Positions 58,229 to 64,000 of a stretch of DNA of 64,000 nt are shown here, in pieces. The notes under the pieces were generated by a model that did not search any database, was not told the origin of the DNA, and saw only the letters and a list, made by a program, of their open reading frames with translations. Each line of letters opens with the position of its first letter. The stretch's first letter is position 1. Source of the DNA: Zygnema circumcarinatum SAG 698-1b (Eukaryota; Plantae; Zygnematophyceae). Both the position numbers and the translations under genes were made by a program. The stretch is taken from NCBI GenBank assembly GCA_037447605.1, contig CM074815.1, positions 1,674,001 to 1,738,000 on the forward strand. The letters are read 5' to 3'.

Positions 58229-61200
58229 ATGGCCTCTACCAATGTTCTCGTGGCCGAGCAGCCGGCCGCTGCACCCCCTCAAATGCCAGCTGGGAGCGAA
58301 GCCTCAGCTTCGTCGAAGGAAGGTGCTCGGGTTTTTCTCAGCTATCCTCCTTTCCTCGGTTGTTATTTCTCCGCAAAAGTGCTGGACAATTAGAATAGCT
58401 GGACTGCATGCTAACTTACGTCAAGCAACTTCATGGTTCTCTTTTCTTGGCACAATTATATTATATTCACTCTGCATAGCTGCATATTCGTCCCTATTGC
58501 CGACACGTTTCACATTCTTCATATCTGCGTATTTTCTTTGTGTGCTGTATAACAGCAAGTGGATGTTGGTTTCGATTTCAGGCGGAACTCCGGCGCCCCT
58601 TCTGGTTGTTCAGGAGGAAAAGGCTCCTTTCATTGCCCCCCCTGCTCCAATTCGTGAAGAGCAAGTGCAGAATGCCGTCAATTTTCTATCCCATCCAAAT
58701 GTGAAAGGTTCGCCAATGAAATACAGGCGCTCTTTTCTGGAAAGGAAGGGCTTGACTGCCGACGAGATCGATGAGGCATTTCGACGAGTGCCGGTACGCA
58801 TATAACCTATTGTTAATCTTTGCATTCTGCGCTCTTTCAATGTGCTTTGTGGAGTACATGCAAAACGACACAGCTGCAAGCTTGCTTTGCACCTTTGTTG
58901 TAATCTTCGCCCTTGAGCCACTTCCTATCCTTGATCGCAGGACCCTCCTACCGGAGATGAAGGAGTGGATACTTCCAGCACTGCCAGTACCCTGCCCACA
59001 TCATCCACTGTCCACACTCTTAGGGTGCCAGCGCAGGTAGGCTCACAGTTGCGAGCCGGTCAGCAGGCTCAGCAACAAGCCACGCAGCAGCAGTATTCTT
59101 TGCAGCCCATTGGGACCGCTCCTGCACAGCTTGGCTCGGGCCAACTCTATGCGCCAATCAGTGCTCAGCTCACGCCCGCATCATCGCCAGCTACTACTCA
59201 TGGCATGAGGTGGACTCAGATGATTTTAGCATTAGGTGTGCTTGGGGCAGGCGGAGCTGGAACTGCGCTTTTGACGCAGGTAAGTTGCTGAACGACTGCT
59301 GCTGTTGTTGTTGTTGCTGTTGTTGCATTTGGCTTCTCATTTGCTGATATGTCTTTTTTTTATTGAGCTATTTTGGTCTGGGTAATGTTGCAGAATTACA
59401 TTTTTCCACGTCTGAAACAGTGGCTGCGGAAACTTGCGCTTGAAGAAAAAGACGGAATTGTTCCGTCAACAGTTCACGCAGGCAAAAAACCTGCTGCCGG
59501 TGACCATGTTTCTGAGGCTTCAACAATAGCAGCTGATGTAATACAGAAATCGGAATCGCACGTGGAAGGTAAGTCAGGCTTCAAACACCTGCAAATCATG
59601 CCATTCCAGTTTCGGTACAGTTCTACTTGTTTTTTAATACATGTTGAATATTCATTCCTTGATCTGTATTATGACTTGTATTGTCCTCTGCCAAAGGTAG
59701 AGCTTATCACTGTTGTTTGTTGTGACACGAAGCTTTTCACCTAAGGATAAGTGCTGATGGTCGGCTGCAGATAAAGTACGTGAGCAAGCCTTGGTCAAGG
59801 CAATAGAGGCGAATGCAGTAGAGTTACGAGCAACTCTGAGTACATTAAAGGAGGTCGTGCAAGCCATCAAACCATTATCTGAGAGCAAGGATTCTGATTC
59901 TCGTATTGCAGTTTCAGAACTGCGCAAAGGTGTGACGAATATCCCTTATCATTGGACTTGCAGATTGTGTTATGTCCTACAGAAATACGCAACTTTGCCT
60001 TTGGCTTATTGATCAATGGGTCAAGCAAAGTGCAGTTCAAAAGACGTGCTTGAGTTCACTTTTAAGGCCTCGAAATATGCTATCAGAACATTTTGAGCTG
60101 AGACAGGTTTGTTTTGCAGAATTGCGCAACTTTGCAAGCACAATATCTGAATTTTCTGGTCATACTCCTACAAGCAGTCAGCATACTGGCCTTCAGTCAG
60201 AACTTACGGAAATTAAACAAATGTTGAGGGAGGCGAACCAGTTACCAAAGCAAAGGACTGCTTTGGAATCAGCAGCTCTCTCTGCCAACGGAATCGAAAG
60301 TAACGGAGGTTCACAGCTTGTCATTTCACCCGTATCAGCTGTCGTATCGCCACCACCAAAGTACTCAGTATGTCTCCCAGAAAAGCTTATTCACTGGGCA
60401 GTACCAAGATTGTATTGACATATTTGTTTATGTTTACACTAAAGTAGAAGTAACTAACAAGCAAGCGGAAGGGAATGAGAATGCTTCTGTATTCAGTGGA
60501 CCAGTTTGTGCAATGCTTGCACACCCTTAGTGGGCTTGATGTGAACAAGGAAAATTGTCGGCTCTCTGATGTTACTTTCTGTACAAGATATAGAGTGGGA
60601 GCTGTTTCTCAACCTTTTTGTTTTCTGTAAACTTTTGTCATTGAGCTACTAGGGGATTGGGATTTATTCCCAATCTGGAGAATCCCTCCCTCGTTTGCAT
60701 AGTCGCTTCTTACTTTCTGATGTTTTGTGGTAATGCAGGTTCCAGTGCAGCTTGGCAATGCTCTTGAAGGACACGTGTCATCAAAGTCTCCTGCAGGTTG
60801 AACGACCTCCTTAGCTTTCGTATGTATGGTGAAAATCTATACAGCTCCTCTTTTTCTGAAACTAATGTAAAAGGCAGTTCTTTGATCTTTTGCAAAGATG
60901 TAAGTTCTCCTATTGAGATGGGAATCAGAGAAAACGAGCGATTGCTCCGTTGTAGCAGCTCAGGCTGGTCTCCTCTAATTCTTCGCTCTATCGTAAAACC
61001 TACACCTTGGAAAGCTGAAAAGATACAGAGATGAAGTCTAAGAGTTATCTTTTGACATACTGATTTCTGCAGAATCAGGCGGATTTGATCAGGCTCCGCA
61101 CTCACAGTCCTACCTGCAGGTGCCATTTTGTACCCCTCGTTTGATGTGCATCTGCCATCTGCACATTTGTGACCGTGTTTATCAACTAGCCCGGTTTTTG

Positions 61201-62508
61201 TTCAATATGAATGACAGACTAGCTTTCAACGTATCAGATTCAACATCTAGAATTTTTTGTAGGCCGTATGTGCACCAACTACCTAGCAGCATACTGTTGT
61301 TTCTAACAGTTGAAGTGATGAGTTCTCACCAGAAAGGCATAAATGGAGCAGGTAATGGAGATGGTGCAAAAAGGGGAAAAGCCGCCCGGCATTCGAGTGA
61401 GCTCTCTGTTTCCTAGCATTTCGACAGTTGTTTGTTTGGCTGCCTGTGAAGGGTCATGTTTCTGGTGGATATAGGACTTAGGAGTTCTGTGATGGTCTCT
61501 GTAGGACATTGACGACAAGCCTCCCGACCCAACAAGGCCGCCTTCTGACCCACAGCTGAAGCCCCGTCCAAAGGTTTACCTCAGAGGCTCATACTGGTTG
61601 GCTGCTTGTTAGATGGAAGAATGTGGATGCCATATGTTGAACCTTTTCCTTGAGAGTATAGGCTTGGATTGACATGCAGGTTCAGGTCGGAAAGTGAACC
61701 TTCTAATGTCTTTAATGGTGGATAAGCAGTCTGAAAGCTAGTTGTGTTCTTCTTTCAGTCTTCAGGAGACTTTCCTTTCCGATTTGGCCAAATGAACCCG
61801 AATCATAAGCAGTTTGATTACTGAATAGCGCTTTGTTTCTTGCTTCTTCAGCCGTGGGAGCGAGGCTCAACTCCTGCCAGCTCGAGTGGGTTTCCTATAT
61901 CACCGAGAGACAGCACGGCAAGCTTTGTTTCATCCACAACTCAGGATGGTCTTTCCAGCAGTAACGGAACCAATGGTAGCTCCCAATGGTGGCAAAAACG
62001 AGGCAGTCCTTCCCAATTTCCACCAAATGCCTCTCCGTTTGCAGCTACACATGCCTCTGCCCCTCAGTATACCGTGGCCTCCACTCGACCGCCGGCTCCA
62101 AATCACGGAGTTGTAATCAGAGAAGTGAGCGATCCTGATCATGCAGAGTCAAGCAATGCTGTTTCAGGTAGTGGTGAGAGGACATCTGAGTCTGCTGCAG
62201 GCAGCAACAGGGGCTCTATCGGCGAAGGCAGCAGTGCTAGTGAGGGCCGCTCACCCTGGGTGCCTCCTCCAGTGCCTCTGCCAGTACTGCCGGAAGCTGC
62301 AGCAGCGATGAGACCGCGACCCCCAGAATGGGTGGAGGCTAACTCAGCCACAGTCCATGAGGAAAGTTCTCCAGCAGCTGAGCTGCCTGCAGCTATGGCA
62401 GCGGAGGGAAACAGTCCTGAGAATTCAGAGCAGGCTGCTCCATTGGACCCTGAGGAAGGTCATGAGGGAGGAGAGGACCATGGGGATGGCGCTGCAGTTG
62501 CAGTCTGA
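58229..62508 (+). CDS. PEX14: Peroxisomal membrane docking protein PEX14 (about 700 aa, 11 exons)
   Basis: Exons 58229-58322, 58582-58793, 58941-59279, 59394-59568, 59771-59929, 60120-60367, 60739-60796, 61073-61119, 61352-61396, 61505-61573, 61852-62508. PIREEQVQNAVNFLSHPNVKGSP..RRSFLERKGLTADEIDEAFRRV, TM WTQMILALGVLGAGG, APHSQSYLQVMEMVQKGEKPPGIRDIDDKPP, PRPKPWER. Confidence 0.94.
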
Positions 62509-63697
62509 ACATTTGCCCCCGGCTGAAGGTTGTTGCTGCTCCGACCCAGATTGGCGAGACCAGAACTGAAGGAAGAGCTGCGGGAATAGTTGGAATGATG
62601 CTTCGGGTACAGTCGGTTCGAAGGGAAGGGGTTGGGTCAGTGGGACGACGGACATGCATTTTTGGTGACATTGCGAGAACTTGACCAATAGTTTGTGTGA
62701 TATCGCGTAGCTGAATGGTTTCGGATGGTCAGATGGTTCTGAGGTTGAGTGAGCATGCGAGGTAGTATGCAGCTGCCTCCTTTTTCCTTTCTACTTGTAT
62801 ATATGGGTGGGAGAGGGAGAGTGGGGAGAGGGAGAGATGGAGAGAGAGGCGGATAACACTGAACACTCATGCTTATAATGGGCTTGAAAGGCAGGCAGCC
62901 TGTCAGACTTGCACACATGCGGCCTTCCCATGCTGTTGTAAGCTTCTTATTCATCTCTCACTTTTTCATGTAACGCCCTGCGATACTACAAGCATGAAGG
63001 TCGTCAATCTCCGTAACTGTTCTGGTATTATGTCCTCAATGTTGAAGCGGTTTGGATCGCTTGAACATCGGACTCAATTCTGACAAATGCACACCGGGTC
63101 ACTAGGCCATGTCCACGCATGTCATGATGCTGCACATGCCATGTCAGGCTCACCTAACTATGGGATGGTAGACCACTCTCGTGTACATGACCATTCAAAA
63201 AAGTTTGCTACTTCGCACTTTGCTACGGAATGAACAATGTCATGCCATGCGACATGGCGGCTTTATTGCAGGCTACATTCTTCGCTTGCTGAGCTTTTGG
63301 CATCGTCTTGCACTGCAGCGCCCTTCACTTCCATATGCATTCTCCCTATTGGCTCAATCGGCGTGCAAGTGACTTGAGCATTACAATTGAGAAAAATCAT
63401 GTTCATACTCCCAGTGTCGATGTTAAGTAATGCATGTCAACTGACGACCTCTACAAATGCAGCTATGGCAAAAAGCACCTTTACTGTTAAATAGTTGCGC
63501 TGCTCCAGCTTCTTTTGAATGTCCGTCATATTAGGCTCCAGTTGCTGCTAATCGCCTCATGGAGGTACCCCTATGAACTCAACGCAAGATAATTCATTCG
63601 CTTGACACTGCAACCTGTATTCCAGGATTTAAGAAGTCCCAATCGTAGCACCAAGTGACGTAGCGAGAAATGAGATGACTCACTGAATTTATAAGAC

Positions 63698-63895
63698 CTA
63701 ATCCTTTAGATCTAGGCCCGCCGTCTTCAGCTGTGCCGCTTCCATCGCTCGCTCTGCTTCAGACATCTTACGCATCGCCTCATCTTTCAGCTCCACCGCC
63801 TTTTCAGCTAAGGTTACGATTTCCCTCACCTTCTCGTCAACTTTCTGCTGAAACTCCTCTTTCTCTGTCAATAGTCTTCCGATTTCCATCTCCTT
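63698..63895 (-). CDS. Terminal exon of a coiled-coil protein gene extending beyond the window
   Basis: Acceptor ..CTGCAG|AAGGAG, then KEMEIGRLLTEKEEFQQKVDEKVREIVTLAEKAVELKDEAMRKMSEAE..DLKD*; upstream U-rich intron runs to the window end. Confidence 0.7.
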   Translation of the reverse strand, partial: KEMEIGRLLTEKEEFQQKVDEKVREIVTLAEKAVELKDEAMRKMSEAERAMEAAQLKTAGLDLKD

Positions 63896-64000
63896 CTGCA
63901 GCAAGTGATTCGAATATAGAAAGAACATTGCACAGAGAGCCACAAACATAAATTTCATACGCATTTAAGCATCAACTGCACCACAAATAATTAACACCTT

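Overview
Eukaryotic, intron-rich nuclear DNA with a land-plant-like gene set (TON1, PUB43/44-like U-box/ARM, RLK/Pelle kinase, plant-type PEX14 and CCR4) and GC-rich intergenic islands. A streptophyte alga (Zygnematophyceae such as Closterium) is a plausible source, but that is inference. I reconstructed 10 complete or near-complete protein genes and the last exon of an 11th by hand, using GT/GC-AG junctions whose phases add up: coiled-coil orphan (+), single-TM VIMAG/LMPG-motif protein (-), LRR/extensin RLK (-), plastid glutathione reductase (+), myristoylated RRLSLE-repeat orphan (-), fructosamine/ribulosamine 3-kinase (+), RBM39 (-), TON1 (+), U-box/ARM E3 (-), CCR4 (-), PEX14 (+), plus a coiled-coil terminal exon (-). 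I found no transposase/RT, tRNA/rRNA or CRISPR. Most notable observations: (1) four head-to-head gene pairs have ATGs about 0.9-1.2 kb apart; (2) nearly all intergenic islands carry dense GTAC / CCGTACGG / GTACGGAC clusters (SBP/SPL-type sites) plus G-boxes, even at housekeeping genes; (3) an orphan acylated protein has three RRLSLE modules; (4) an LRR-extensin receptor carries an RLCK-V-type kinase with DFA in place of DFG; (5) a near-perfect 52-bp minisatellite fills a U-box gene intron. All counts were made by eye.
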